Shown here in pieces: positions 50,056-60,195 of a DNA stretch of 64,000 bases. The translations under genes were made by a program, and so were the position numbers. The notes under the pieces were generated by a model that was given only the letters and a program-made list of their open reading frames with translations, searched no databases and was not told where the DNA came from. This stretch comes from Barthelona sp. PCE (taxonomy: Eukaryota), in NCBI GenBank assembly GCA_040285745.1, contig JAUFOR010000004.1:496001-560000 (forward strand), given 5' to 3'. The first letter of the stretch is position 1, and every line of letters begins with the position of its first letter.

Positions 50056-52587
50056 ATGAAGGAAGACATCATTCAACTGGACAAATCTTTATCATCCGTC
50101 GATGACGCGTTTTTTGATGAAGCATACAGTGAGGAACAACTTGTTTCCTCTTTATTAGATAGCATTGATGGTGAATTCGTTGATAATCCTGTATTTGTAT
50201 CAAAGGTAGCAGCTTTAAGGCAGCAACATGACGTATTGCATAGTGTTTTGAGCACAACAGTTATCAAGAACAGCGAGAAATTTGTTAATGGGGTCAATCT
50301 CATTCGTAAAGTAGAGAATTCTCTTTCTTTTGGAGAGGTATTCTGTGTCAATGCCCAGAAAACCATCGAAACCAGTCTAAAAAAGGAGCTTCAAATCCTT
50401 GAACATATCATCATTGAATCTCGATATCAACACGTTGTTGAGCTTGAACAAGAGCTTAAACTCGTCCACGACTACCTATCGGGCGTCGACGAGTGCATCA
50501 AGGAAATTGAAGAGAGCCAATTATCCGTTGATTTGAATAATAAGTATCAAACTTTATTGGGCAATTTGAACCATTTCGAAAAGTATAACTTTTATATCAC
50601 CCTCCGTGACCGTATCCTCGGAATCAAGTTTACCCTTTTGAATAGTACAAAAGATACACTCAAAAACTTTTTAATGCAAAATTATGTTAAAAGTGAACAT
50701 TTAGGAAACGTTCTTAGCACTTTGGAGATCTTGAATGTCCCTTCATCGGAAGTGTCACAGACAATTGTGACACAGATGCATGCGATCTGGCGTAGAGAAA
50801 TTTTAAGAGGGTTGCTTCTTGAAAAATACCATATGCACAAAAACAAGAAGTTTGAGGATGTTCTCAAGCAAGTACTCCCACTCCGATCCATATACACTCT
50901 CGAGTCATACTGCTCCACTCTCCAGGAGCTATGCATGAGGTTTAAAGTTTTCATTGACGCACTTGACCACAATACCAACGCAGAAATAATATCAAGATTA
51001 TTGAGTGAGCGCCGCATTCTGCTGGAAATCGTGCACTCATCATTCAATTTCCTACTGCATGGTCTGGGTGAGGCGCAAATGACAATTCAAGGATTTAAAG
51101 TTGTGGCCAACACAATCGATCGTCTGGTGTGGACTTCCCTCCGCTTCCTCGGACACAGTGGCTTGGTTGAATACCCTGAAGCGACGGAAATAGACGATAG
51201 CAGTCTCTTTTCTGTTTACCAACACCTTTTAGTTGATATGTTCGAAGGAATCATTGCTCAGTCAACAGCTTCTTGCATTGCTCAGTTGAATGAGACTGTG
51301 AAACGTGAGACGTGGATGCTGGTTGATTTCGATGCTGACACACCTCGCCGTTTGGTGGAGCACACAATGCATCTCGGTATGCTAGCGTTCTTCCCATTCA
51401 CTGAGGATGACGTCTCTGACGAGGTGTGCCTAATTGACGAGTACACGGTTGAGCGGGAGATGCATACGATTCCTAAACTCCCCTCTTTCGACGGACAGAC
51501 GACCAACACTTTTGTTTTGATGTACCAGTTGGTACAGGAGCTCACACAGCTGTCTGTAACGTTCCCTCCGTGCAGTTCCATGAGTTATGCGTGTGTTTAT
51601 TACATCGCCGAGTTCTATTTGTACGCAGTATATTGCCTTTTCGCAGTGACAACCGTACCACCATTTGGCATTGACGTATCGTCATTGACGAGTTCACTGG
51701 GTCAGTGGTACTACCACCGCCTAACCTGGATGTTTGATCCGCTGAGAGCTGACCGCCGCATGCCTTGCTTTTTTACGTCGTTGCAGAAACCCGCAAACCC
51801 TGAGATGATCAGCGACAACCTGCGCATCCGAGGCATTACGATGCACCAGAGATTCAATGTGGTCCAAGACCTGCTCAGTATGCCTCGATTTTTGAAGCGG
51901 CTGACTAAGGGTCGTCATGATCCTATCTCGCAGTTCTTTGCCCAGTTTGGAGTTGCTGGTTTTGAGGAACTTGGACTGTTTTGTATGAGGACAACGTGCG
52001 TTTTGGTACTTTCAAAGATGAAATTCCCAACAACCAGTTTTAACCAGACAAATATGGCAGCTCCCCAGAAGTGGGTGCAAGCTGTAATCAAGTTTTTGAA
52101 GAAGGAGAAGAAAAGAATAGATAGCTTCAATCTTACAGATGCTTTTATCACACAGTATCATACGACACTGCTGGAGCTCGCAGTCAAGTGGGTGTCTTCC
52201 TTCATTGCCAGTATGACCTCGTGCTCAGAGCTCGGTCGCACTCAGATGTTGATGGAGATACAGACTTTGGTGGGAGAACTAAGCACTGTATTTGTTTCCG
52301 AGTCTGCAACTCTCGTTCCCCTTACACTGTTTGCTAAATGTCTTGTCTTTGATGGTGATACTCTCCTTGAGTTTATGATGGAAAGCGCAGCACAACTGAA
52401 CGAGGCGCAAGTTTCGAGTCTGGCCAGATTCTCAAATGCTTCTACTTCTGAGCCACCGGAGATGCTTCACGCGAAACTGTCTGCAATGCATAGGAACGCT
52501 CAGATGCGTGCAAACTTCGGAGTGCTTGTTCCGCCCGAAGAATATGAATTACCTGTTTTCGTTTTTCCTCCCTTTAAATCGAAGTAA
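50056..52587 (+). CDS. VPS50: Vps50/syndetin (EARP subunit)-like
   Basis: N-terminal Vps54_N-like coil (LSTTVIKNSEKFVNGV), ETWMLV, IAEFYLYAVYCLF, CSELGRTQMLMEIQ. Confidence 0.75.
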   Translation: MKEDIIQLDKSLSSVDDAFFDEAYSEEQLVSSLLDSIDGEFVDNPVFVSKVAALRQQHDVLHSVLSTTVIKNSEKFVNGVNLIRKVENSLSFGEVFCVNAQKTIETSLKKELQILEHIIIESRYQHVVELEQELKLVHDYLSGVDECIKEIEESQLSVDLNNKYQTLLGNLNHFEKYNFYITLRDRILGIKFTLLNSTKDTLKNFLMQNYVKSEHLGNVLSTLEILNVPSSEVSQTIVTQMHAIWRREILRGLLLEKYHMHKNKKFEDVLKQVLPLRSIYTLESYCSTLQELCMRFKVFIDALDHNTNAEIISRLLSERRILLEIVHSSFNFLLHGLGEAQMTIQGFKVVANTIDRLVWTSLRFLGHSGLVEYPEATEIDDSSLFSVYQHLLVDMFEGIIAQSTASCIAQLNETVKRETWMLVDFDADTPRRLVEHTMHLGMLAFFPFTEDDVSDEVCLIDEYTVEREMHTIPKLPSFDGQTTNTFVLMYQLVQELTQLSVTFPPCSSMSYACVYYIAEFYLYAVYCLFAVTTVPPFGIDVSSLTSSLGQWYYHRLTWMFDPLRADRRMPCFFTSLQKPANPEMISDNLRIRGITMHQRFNVVQDLLSMPRFLKRLTKGRHDPISQFFAQFGVAGFEELGLFCMRTTCVLVLSKMKFPTTSFNQTNMAAPQKWVQAVIKFLKKEKKRIDSFNLTDAFITQYHTTLLELAVKWVSSFIASMTSCSELGRTQMLMEIQTLVGELSTVFVSESATLVPLTLFAKCLVFDGDTLLEFMMESAAQLNEAQVSSLARFSNASTSEPPEMLHAKLSAMHRNAQMRANFGVLVPPEEYELPVFVFPPFKSK

Positions 52588-53033
52588 TGGTGCGTAAGAC
52601 GATTCGCCCGGCTGGTTTAGGGCGCGCAAACCATCAAATTCTTCTTCCTAAACGCAGGAAGAAAAAAGCCCATCATTCAATTAACAGTGGAAATACAATC
52701 ACTTTAAGCAATCATCAGAAGCTTTATGTGAAGCGTATCACGAAAAGACACGTTGGATACCATAGAGTAAGAGAAATTCTTCAAAATAATGGATTTCACA
52801 GTATTTCTGAATCAGTAACGTTATATATTGCTTATTCTCATCAGAACACAGAGGTTGGCATCGTTGCTATGGTGGGAAATGTGGTGGAAGCGATGTACAC
52901 GAAGAAATTGTTCCAACGTAAGAAGCTCATGACTAATTTACTTCGATACATCAGCATTGATGTTGGTGCCAAGTTGGAATTCACATCTCTAACGGAGGAG
53001 GGAAGCCTATTTCTGAATAAGTTCAACAAATAA
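52587..53033 (+). CDS. Eco1/ESCO-like acetyltransferase domain protein
   Basis: VEAMYTKKLFQRKKLMTNLL...LEFTSLTEEGSLFL parallels the ESCO C-terminal pattern RIWV...RRK.IA..LL...AFS.PT..G..F. Confidence 0.55.
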   Translation: MVRKTIRPAGLGRANHQILLPKRRKKKAHHSINSGNTITLSNHQKLYVKRITKRHVGYHRVREILQNNGFHSISESVTLYIAYSHQNTEVGIVAMVGNVVEAMYTKKLFQRKKLMTNLLRYISIDVGAKLEFTSLTEEGSLFLNKFNK

Positions 53034-53283
53034 ATGAACCGAAAATTATTTTCTTTCCTTCAACACACTGGACTTCTGGATCTGGAAACTGTTTGATATG
53101 TGATATAAGACCTGAACAACCATCACAGAACGCTAGACATTAGTTCTAAATTTCAAAATAAAGATGAACATCGCTGACATTATTCAACCTTTTGACCATC
53201 TGCCAAGGGTCTTATTTTGTGTTACAAACCCATACATGCATTGAAAACTTGCTTTTTGTTTTCTATCCTCTTTTAGACTAAAC

Positions 53284-54162
53284 ATGGGATCTGGATCTTC
53301 TCAACCCGCTCAACCTTCTGCTGGAATTGTATGCCCTGAAGGTGCATACTGTCCTGGTATGCCCAAGACACAACACACCTTTGCTACACATCTTTGTGAT
53401 ATCGATGGTCGTGTCAGCGTTATCAATCGCTACATCGAAAACCAGATTGGTGTTGACTGTTGTGACTGTATCTCTCACACAGCTCTGGTCAAGGCTCTCG
53501 CTGATGGTCGTGATGAAGATTTGATGGAATCTCTCAAATTCAAGGTTGGTATTTCTGTCAAGAAGCACGGCAGCCGTTACATTGTTATCTCTGCTCACGA
53601 GGATACACTTACATATCCTGCTCCCAAGGAAGTTCAACTTCGCGATCTTGCCGCTGCCGCTCAGCGTGTTCACAGCTGGGGTTTCGACGCTAGAATCAGA
53701 GGTATGTACCTTGACAACAACCTCCACGTTCACGAGGTTGACGTTGTTTACCCTGTCCGTGCCATGTACAGTACTTGTATTAACTGTATGGATGGACGTA
53801 CACAGGGCAACTGTGAAATGTTTATCCGTCACAGAGATAACGTAGACTTTGTTGATATCGTCACCGAGGCTGGTCCAGTTAAGATCATGGCTGAACAGAA
53901 GCCTGAAAACCTTGTTGAGAGAATTAAGGAGCGCGTTAACTTATCAATTGATAAACATGGTTCCCGTAACATATACATCATTGCTCACCACGGCTGTGCT
54001 GGTAACCCTGTTGCTGAGGATATTCAGAAACGCGAACTGAGAACTGCTGTGAATAATGCCCATCGTATGTTTAGTGACGTCAAAATCACTGGTCTTTGGG
54101 TCTGCAGCAACTGGTGGGTCGAGGAGTTCTGTTCAGCTGGTTCCATCCCCACCGAACTTTAA
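53284..54162 (+). CDS. Tandem-domain prokaryote-type putative (beta-class-like) carbonic anhydrase with an N-myristoylation-like start
   Basis: Repeat 2: CINCMDGR...VDIVTEAGP...SIDKHGS..IYIIAHHGCAGNP. Repeat 1 is homologous but degenerate. N-terminus MGSGSS. Confidence 0.75.
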   Translation: MGSGSSQPAQPSAGIVCPEGAYCPGMPKTQHTFATHLCDIDGRVSVINRYIENQIGVDCCDCISHTALVKALADGRDEDLMESLKFKVGISVKKHGSRYIVISAHEDTLTYPAPKEVQLRDLAAAAQRVHSWGFDARIRGMYLDNNLHVHEVDVVYPVRAMYSTCINCMDGRTQGNCEMFIRHRDNVDFVDIVTEAGPVKIMAEQKPENLVERIKERVNLSIDKHGSRNIYIIAHHGCAGNPVAEDIQKRELRTAVNNAHRMFSDVKITGLWVCSNWWVEEFCSAGSIPTEL

Positions 54163-54238
54163 TCCTCCTGTACCAATTCCAATAATAAATATATCACACA
54201 ACATCTTTTAACAAAATATTTTACACATTAATGATCTA

Positions 54239-55885
54239 TCATAGGTTATTCAAGACGTTGTCCAATGCAGAACCATGCTTTGAGATATTCACCAGCTCTA
54301 AGTTCTTACGCTGTAGAAGTTCTACGTTCCCGGTTAACTGTGTAACCAGTCGCCTTAACTGTTCGTTTTCTCCCATAAGCTGCTCGTTTTCATCAGCATA
54401 GTGTCCATAATCACGGAACTGACGCTTTTTCTGCCTACTTAACTTGGTCTTTTCCCTTTTCAGCTCTGAAATCCTCGCCTTCAACTCCTTATTCTTCTGC
54501 TCAAGCGCAGTATTCTCCTTTTCGAAGCGCAACACGCCTGTGATTCTGTCCTGGAGCCTGTTAACCTCTTTCTGTAAATGATGTGTTCTCATTTTGTGAT
54601 CTTTAAGACTCAAACCTAACTGTTTCTTCTCCCCACGAACGAGATCAAGCTCCTTATTCAGAGCAACTACGTTTGTGGAGCTCACAACAAGCTGGCTTTC
54701 GAGTGCGCTCATCCTCTTCTCCATGACTCGAACCTTTGCAACCAAAGCTTCCTTCTTACGGCGGGGCATCTTTTGTGTGGCTGCATCAATCTCTATACGC
54801 GTAGGAAGCGGTGTTTTGAATGCCTGAAGATCCTCTTGAGGAATTGTTTTCTCCTTCAAAGGTGACACGTCAACGAAATCATAAGGTTCGTGACCGCAAG
54901 GTGACTGTGGCTTCGGGGTGGGTGGAAAAGATGAGTCCATCGAGTGTATAGACTGCAAAGAAACTCTCAACTCACGACTCTCATTAACCTCTTCTTCACT
55001 CAGAGGACTTAGCTCCCCCTCACTGTCTTCATCTGTCAATTCCGGTTCACCGTTGAATTCTCCGAAGTTAGGTGGTGATGCTGGGATCACTGCCTCGATC
55101 TGCATGTTTCTTTGTTGCTTGATGGGGGACGGGGGTGGGTTCAAAACATGGTCATCATACAATGCAGATACGGCTGTCATAAAACGCCGTATAGGTTCGG
55201 TAGAAACGTCAGATACAAGCATGTTGAAACCATCATCGTTCTTAACAAAATCACGCAACAAACTAAGCAATTTAGAACGGGGCAGCAGCAAAAACGCACC
55301 AACTGACTGGTCCGGGTTGTCCAAGACGCGAGACGCAACGCTTTCGAGGGAAGGGTGAGACACATCGAGCGAGAACAGGCGAAAGACACCACTTGTTCCA
55401 TGTCCGTGAGTCTCCTCGTTTAAAAACTTTGGGTTAACCTGCAGCTCGACCCTAATAAACCTTTGCCGAGGGAGTGTCAGCTTCTCTATGTCCTTGAGCT
55501 CATTGATGACTGTGTTCATGCATGGAGTCCACTTTGACTCCGACATGAGATAAAAAACGCGTAATTTGAATAGATAAACGCTCTTACGTAATGCTATGCG
55601 CTTGCGTTTGAAGCGATCTACCTTGGGGTAATGATCGTTGATAAGATCCCGGCGATATGCAAAAGTTGAATGCGAAAACAAATCACACAAGTTGTTTACG
55701 ATAGCTTCCATATTTCTACGACGACGCTGCCCCACCACAATGAGATCTACGTTGTTGCCTACAAAGAGACCACTTAAAACTTCAAAAAAGTAGGCTGAAA
55801 TCAAATTCGAAATGCTACATGATGCATCAAACTCATCAGCTCCTTCGGTCGAGGACCCAAGTAGTACTGTCTTCATCTTTTTCAT
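54239..55885 (-). CDS. Degenerate kinesin-like domain plus C-terminal coiled coil
   Basis: EVLSGLFVGNNVDLIVVGQRRRR occupies the P-loop position; SGVFRLFSLD and PRSKLLSLLRDFV also present; E/K/L heptad tail. Confidence 0.6.
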   Translation of the reverse strand: MKKMKTVLLGSSTEGADEFDASCSISNLISAYFFEVLSGLFVGNNVDLIVVGQRRRRNMEAIVNNLCDLFSHSTFAYRRDLINDHYPKVDRFKRKRIALRKSVYLFKLRVFYLMSESKWTPCMNTVINELKDIEKLTLPRQRFIRVELQVNPKFLNEETHGHGTSGVFRLFSLDVSHPSLESVASRVLDNPDQSVGAFLLLPRSKLLSLLRDFVKNDDGFNMLVSDVSTEPIRRFMTAVSALYDDHVLNPPPSPIKQQRNMQIEAVIPASPPNFGEFNGEPELTDEDSEGELSPLSEEEVNESRELRVSLQSIHSMDSSFPPTPKPQSPCGHEPYDFVDVSPLKEKTIPQEDLQAFKTPLPTRIEIDAATQKMPRRKKEALVAKVRVMEKRMSALESQLVVSSTNVVALNKELDLVRGEKKQLGLSLKDHKMRTHHLQKEVNRLQDRITGVLRFEKENTALEQKNKELKARISELKREKTKLSRQKKRQFRDYGHYADENEQLMGENEQLRRLVTQLTGNVELLQRKNLELVNISKHGSALDNVLNNL

Positions 55886-55959
55886 GTTCCCTTTGAACAG
55901 AGAGCTGAAGAAAAGGTGTTAAAACGAATAACACTCTTATCATTAAGCTTTCCAACTTT

Positions 55960-57024
55960 ATGGAGCAGGAAAGCAGGGAAATTGATGGAATGGTTGAGGC
56001 CATCATTCATGAACACAAAGAAGAGCAAATAGAGGAGGCAAATAGTCAAACCGTGTTATTCTTTCCGAAAACACAGTTAACTCCAGTGCTACGCCGCAAG
56101 CTAGCGTGTGCTGAGTTCTCTATCACGGATAAAATTCTTATCTTACTTCAATCTACAGATATTGATACATTTAAGGTGGGTATTCAACATCTTATGGCCT
56201 GCCAACAAGTGTCGGACTTTAACTTTAGTCCTTTCACACATTTAATAGCAAACAAGCTCATGGAGTATGAATCGGATGAGAAAATTTTCCAAGCATGTCT
56301 TTTCCTTTTAAGCTCTGCTTGTTCTCGGATGGACGTAAGTATTATAAATGGTAAAATGTTCTCTTACGACTTTCAGAGATTTATATGCACATATTACCAA
56401 AAAAACATATTTTCTCTTCAAATTCTCAACATTATTGCATTTATTTCCACTGTTGGTGTGGTTTATGGCCAAATTTCCAGGTTGGTCTTCAATTTTTTGG
56501 ATAGATACATTGATACAGATCGAGTAACAGCACTTGTTGTTCTTCGAATAATGCAGAATTTCTTTAGGTTTGAAAGAGTCAAGATTACAACATGTTTGGA
56601 AGATAAAAGATACAAAAATACATTTTTACAGGTAATGTACAGTTTTTTTAATATGTTTTTCCCTTTGTTGAGTAAGCCTCATATTCCTACAGTTTCCTGT
56701 ATTCTATTTTTCATATTAGAAACTTTTGATTTACAGAGTTATCAATTTTTAAAAGGTAAAAATTTTGTTAACGATATACTTTTTTGCATACAAGATCTTT
56801 TGAACAGAGTAGATATGGTTGTTGTAAGAACTATCAAGTTTCTTGTATACATCCTTATTGAATATCGAGCGTGTGATTTAATCGACTTTAATCAGTATAA
56901 GCCCACTTTGTTGCGTATTTTGAGCCTTTTTGTGGATCCCAACAAAACTAATTTACCCATTGAGAATCACAAGGCCTATGAGGAATTACAGATTATATAC
57001 GCTTCTCTATTGAAAGAACGATAG
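55960..57024 (+). CDS. Hypothetical ARM/HEAT-like helical protein
   Basis: 354-aa ORF with amphipathic helices; no specific motif. Confidence 0.7.
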   Translation: MEQESREIDGMVEAIIHEHKEEQIEEANSQTVLFFPKTQLTPVLRRKLACAEFSITDKILILLQSTDIDTFKVGIQHLMACQQVSDFNFSPFTHLIANKLMEYESDEKIFQACLFLLSSACSRMDVSIINGKMFSYDFQRFICTYYQKNIFSLQILNIIAFISTVGVVYGQISRLVFNFLDRYIDTDRVTALVVLRIMQNFFRFERVKITTCLEDKRYKNTFLQVMYSFFNMFFPLLSKPHIPTVSCILFFILETFDLQSYQFLKGKNFVNDILFCIQDLLNRVDMVVVRTIKFLVYILIEYRACDLIDFNQYKPTLLRILSLFVDPNKTNLPIENHKAYEELQIIYASLLKER

Positions 57025-57088
57025 TAAACTTGATTTTCCATTTTTTGTCCCTTCTTGTCCTTTTTTTTGACAATTTTTGCATTCACAA

Positions 57089-57886
57089 ATGGCTAACTCG
57101 TGTTATCAATACGTCAGAAAGTTCGAAGATGATCCAGTGCTTCTTCCTGGAACTTATATCGTTGTTCGCATAGATGGAAAAGGTTTTCACAAATTTACAA
57201 CCGAACAAAGGTATGGAAGGCCAAACGATTGGAACGGGCTCAATTTAATGAACATAGCTGCATCAAAAGTTATGCGTGATCTTCCTGACGTTATGATTGC
57301 GTACGGTCAATCTGATGAGTATTCGTTTGTTCTTAAGCCAAGCACAACGCTGTTCAAGCGCCGTGGATATAAAATTTCATCTACAATCTGTTCAATTTTC
57401 ACAGCACAATTTGTATATGAGTTTGAGAATGTTTTTGAGGATAATCTAAAGAGTCTCCCTTCATTTGACGCCAGGATAGTGTGCTACCCTACCCTACAGC
57501 ACGTCCGTGACTACCTCGCATGGCGTCAAGTGGATTGTCATATTAATAATTTATTCAACACAACTTTTTACGCTCTTATAAAACACGATAACATGACTGC
57601 ACAGGAGGCGCAGACGTTCCTCAAAACAACAAACTCAGGGGATAAAAACGAGCTTCTGTTCCAAAGAGGTATCAACTATAACAATGAAAACCCACAGTTT
57701 AGAAAGGGGACTATTTTAGTATGGCGAGAAATGGAAGACGAGAATGGGCGCATGCGCCGATACCCAACACAAGAATACTGTGATCTTATTAAGGATGACT
57801 TCTGGGAAGAACCTGAAAACTCATATTTGGTTGAAGATTTTACACCTTGTGTTGGTTTACGACGTCAAAATCAATCAAAAAAGTAG
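57089..57886 (+). CDS. THG1: tRNA(His) guanylyltransferase
   Basis: MANSCYQYVRKFE, VVRIDGKGFHKF, AYGQSDEYSF, SFDAR, DYLAWRQVDCHINNL, KNELLF.RGINYN. Confidence 0.97.
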   Translation: MANSCYQYVRKFEDDPVLLPGTYIVVRIDGKGFHKFTTEQRYGRPNDWNGLNLMNIAASKVMRDLPDVMIAYGQSDEYSFVLKPSTTLFKRRGYKISSTICSIFTAQFVYEFENVFEDNLKSLPSFDARIVCYPTLQHVRDYLAWRQVDCHINNLFNTTFYALIKHDNMTAQEAQTFLKTTNSGDKNELLFQRGINYNNENPQFRKGTILVWREMEDENGRMRRYPTQEYCDLIKDDFWEEPENSYLVEDFTPCVGLRRQNQSKK

Positions 57887-59427
57887 AGTAAAAAGAGAAA
57901 AACAAAGCTCCATAAGAAGATAAACAGTAAACTAACGATAAAATTCGATAATATCAAATTAGCCACTTTTGTTTTGACTCTTTCAACGTTCTTTATCCGT
58001 AAACATTGATAAATGATAATAAGGTCGTTGGATGTTGGCATAGCACTTTCGAAAAGTATAACCATCTTTACGATCGGGGGTAATTCGGTAAGAAACCATC
58101 TCCAACCAATTGCTTTGAAAAACAAAAAAAGTAAAACTGTTATTGTTGGTGATATGAGTTGACGTATAAAAACAACCTTAACGACGTGTCTAATCTTCAA
58201 ACGTTGATTCATTGATATTGAAACGGAAGCTCCAGTTATCATACTTCCAAGAGGTAGTGTGATGTTCCCAACCGACTTGATCGTGGAGTACAGTGTAGAG
58301 TACCACCTACCCGCCAACAACGCCTTCTTAAGGGGTGTTATAACTGAAATAACAAAGCCAAAAACGATAGCAACCATTGGCGGTGATCTGAATCTCTTGA
58401 AAACTGTGCTTTCCGGTGCTAGATACTCTGCATGAACACTTTCTGTGCTTGCTGAGCTCGACAGCCCTGAGTGGACGTCAGAAGACAATGGTCCTTGAAG
58501 AAAGGTATTGTTTTGCAAAACAGGCATTGCTGGTTCAGCAATTGAAGGAGGAGCAACAGGCGGAAGATCATCCACAATAAAAACACCTTGAAAATCGGAT
58601 TCCGACTCGGAGTCTGTCGTAAACTCGTGGTTAAACTCGGTTGAGAAAGTAATATGTCGAGATGGAGTTACAGTCTTACCAGGTTCCGTATGAATAATGC
58701 ACGATGCGGATTCACATCTGCCGTATGTATTACCGATCACAAAAACGTCGCTAACCACCGAATCAACATCAGATTCAGTGTCAATACTGTCATCCATGTC
58801 ACAATCTGAACAATTCTCAAACATGGGGAGTGAACTAGCTCGGTGAGGGTTCCAACTGATACGACGAAAGTGTTGAAACGGATGCTTCTTGTTCTCAAGG
58901 TACTCTGTCTCTGGGCATCGGCTTTGAGAGTGTGAAGCGCAATCTGAAATAAACTTGATACCTCCCAGGTACAGTGAGGCGTTCATTGTAAAGTTGTAGA
59001 CGCCTACAGCTGATAGCCCGTCGCTTAAATCATCAGATTTAAAGTGAGCTGAACTTGCCAATGCGGTGAGAACGGAAGAAGGAAGAAAGAAAGAATTTGT
59101 GAATATTGAGGATGAAACCAGTACACTGCGCAAGTTCATAAAGTGTTTCATACGGCGGGTGAACAATAATCCGAGGAACAATCCGCAACCGATGTGAAAA
59201 AGAGCAAATGCAGTAATAAAAACGACGTTTGTAAACTTTAGCGTATTTGACAGGACTTCTTGCGTGAATATCTGGCACGGAAGCGTTAGCATAAACAACA
59301 TGTTTGACAGGTCAATCGTAGATTTGATAATGCCACGACGCTTACCTACATAGCCTAACGCTGTGGTGAAGACAATGTTAAATATCACATAGACACAGGC
59401 ATCGAATATATCAATATAGCTCAACAT
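57871..59427 (-). CDS. Auxin-efflux-carrier (AEC/PILS, Mem_trans) family transporter
   Basis: Two TM bundles around an S/D-rich loop; LTLPCQIF, NSFFLP, SPPMVAIVFG, VGNITLPL, ESAMPTS; ATG at 59427. Confidence 0.85.
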   Translation of the reverse strand: MLSYIDIFDACVYVIFNIVFTTALGYVGKRRGIIKSTIDLSNMLFMLTLPCQIFTQEVLSNTLKFTNVVFITAFALFHIGCGLFLGLLFTRRMKHFMNLRSVLVSSSIFTNSFFLPSSVLTALASSAHFKSDDLSDGLSAVGVYNFTMNASLYLGGIKFISDCASHSQSRCPETEYLENKKHPFQHFRRISWNPHRASSLPMFENCSDCDMDDSIDTESDVDSVVSDVFVIGNTYGRCESASCIIHTEPGKTVTPSRHITFSTEFNHEFTTDSESESDFQGVFIVDDLPPVAPPSIAEPAMPVLQNNTFLQGPLSSDVHSGLSSSASTESVHAEYLAPESTVFKRFRSPPMVAIVFGFVISVITPLKKALLAGRWYSTLYSTIKSVGNITLPLGSMITGASVSISMNQRLKIRHVVKVVFIRQLISPTITVLLFLFFKAIGWRWFLTELPPIVKMVILFESAMPTSNDLIIIYQCLRIKNVERVKTKVANLILSNFIVSLLFIFLWSFVFLFLLYFFD

Positions 59428-60195
59428 AACAGAAATTGAGATAAAACAAGATAAAAGCAATCAAAACCCAAAAAACTGTTTAAATATGATTTTCTGGGAT
59501 ATAAAGTCAGTTGTGTACAATTATGATAGAAAAAAAGACCTGGAAACCTTAAAAGGGTACAATTCAAATCTGTATATGAAAGGAACTCTAGTTTTAGGTA
59601 AATTCACTCAACTTAAGCGTATTAATGGAGAATAACTACAATTTCCCAAAAAATTTCATTCCGCTGAATTTAGTAAGGAGAAATCTCAAAAACAGGATTT
59701 GAGCTTGTTAAATTCAATAACTGTCTACCATACGCCCATTCGCTGTATGAGGATGCTTGGAGGTGCATTTTCTAATGAAAAAAATTGATGAATTCTCAGT
59801 AAACTATAGAATCCCTTCATATGATTTGTTATATATCTTTATAAAGGTTCAATGTACATTATTTGCTAAAAATACTGCATTTTTAATTTATCGTTGACTC
59901 ATATACCCACAAAAAAAAAAGTTCCCATCTCAACATTATTTCCAACAGTACTACATTTTGAGAGATGCACCAAGATACATTAATGAAATTACAGGTGACC
60001 TGAAAATTATTCTCCTAAATATGAAGGCAAAAGCTGTGAAAGAATAAATGTCACCAATCAATCATAATTGTAGTTCTTTTTGTCTTTTAGCTAAACTTCT
60101 AGAGATTACATGTCGCGTTAGAGGATACAAATACAAAATGTGCATAATGTGAATGTGTTAGAAGAATTTCATCCCTCTCCACATAAGACACCCAA

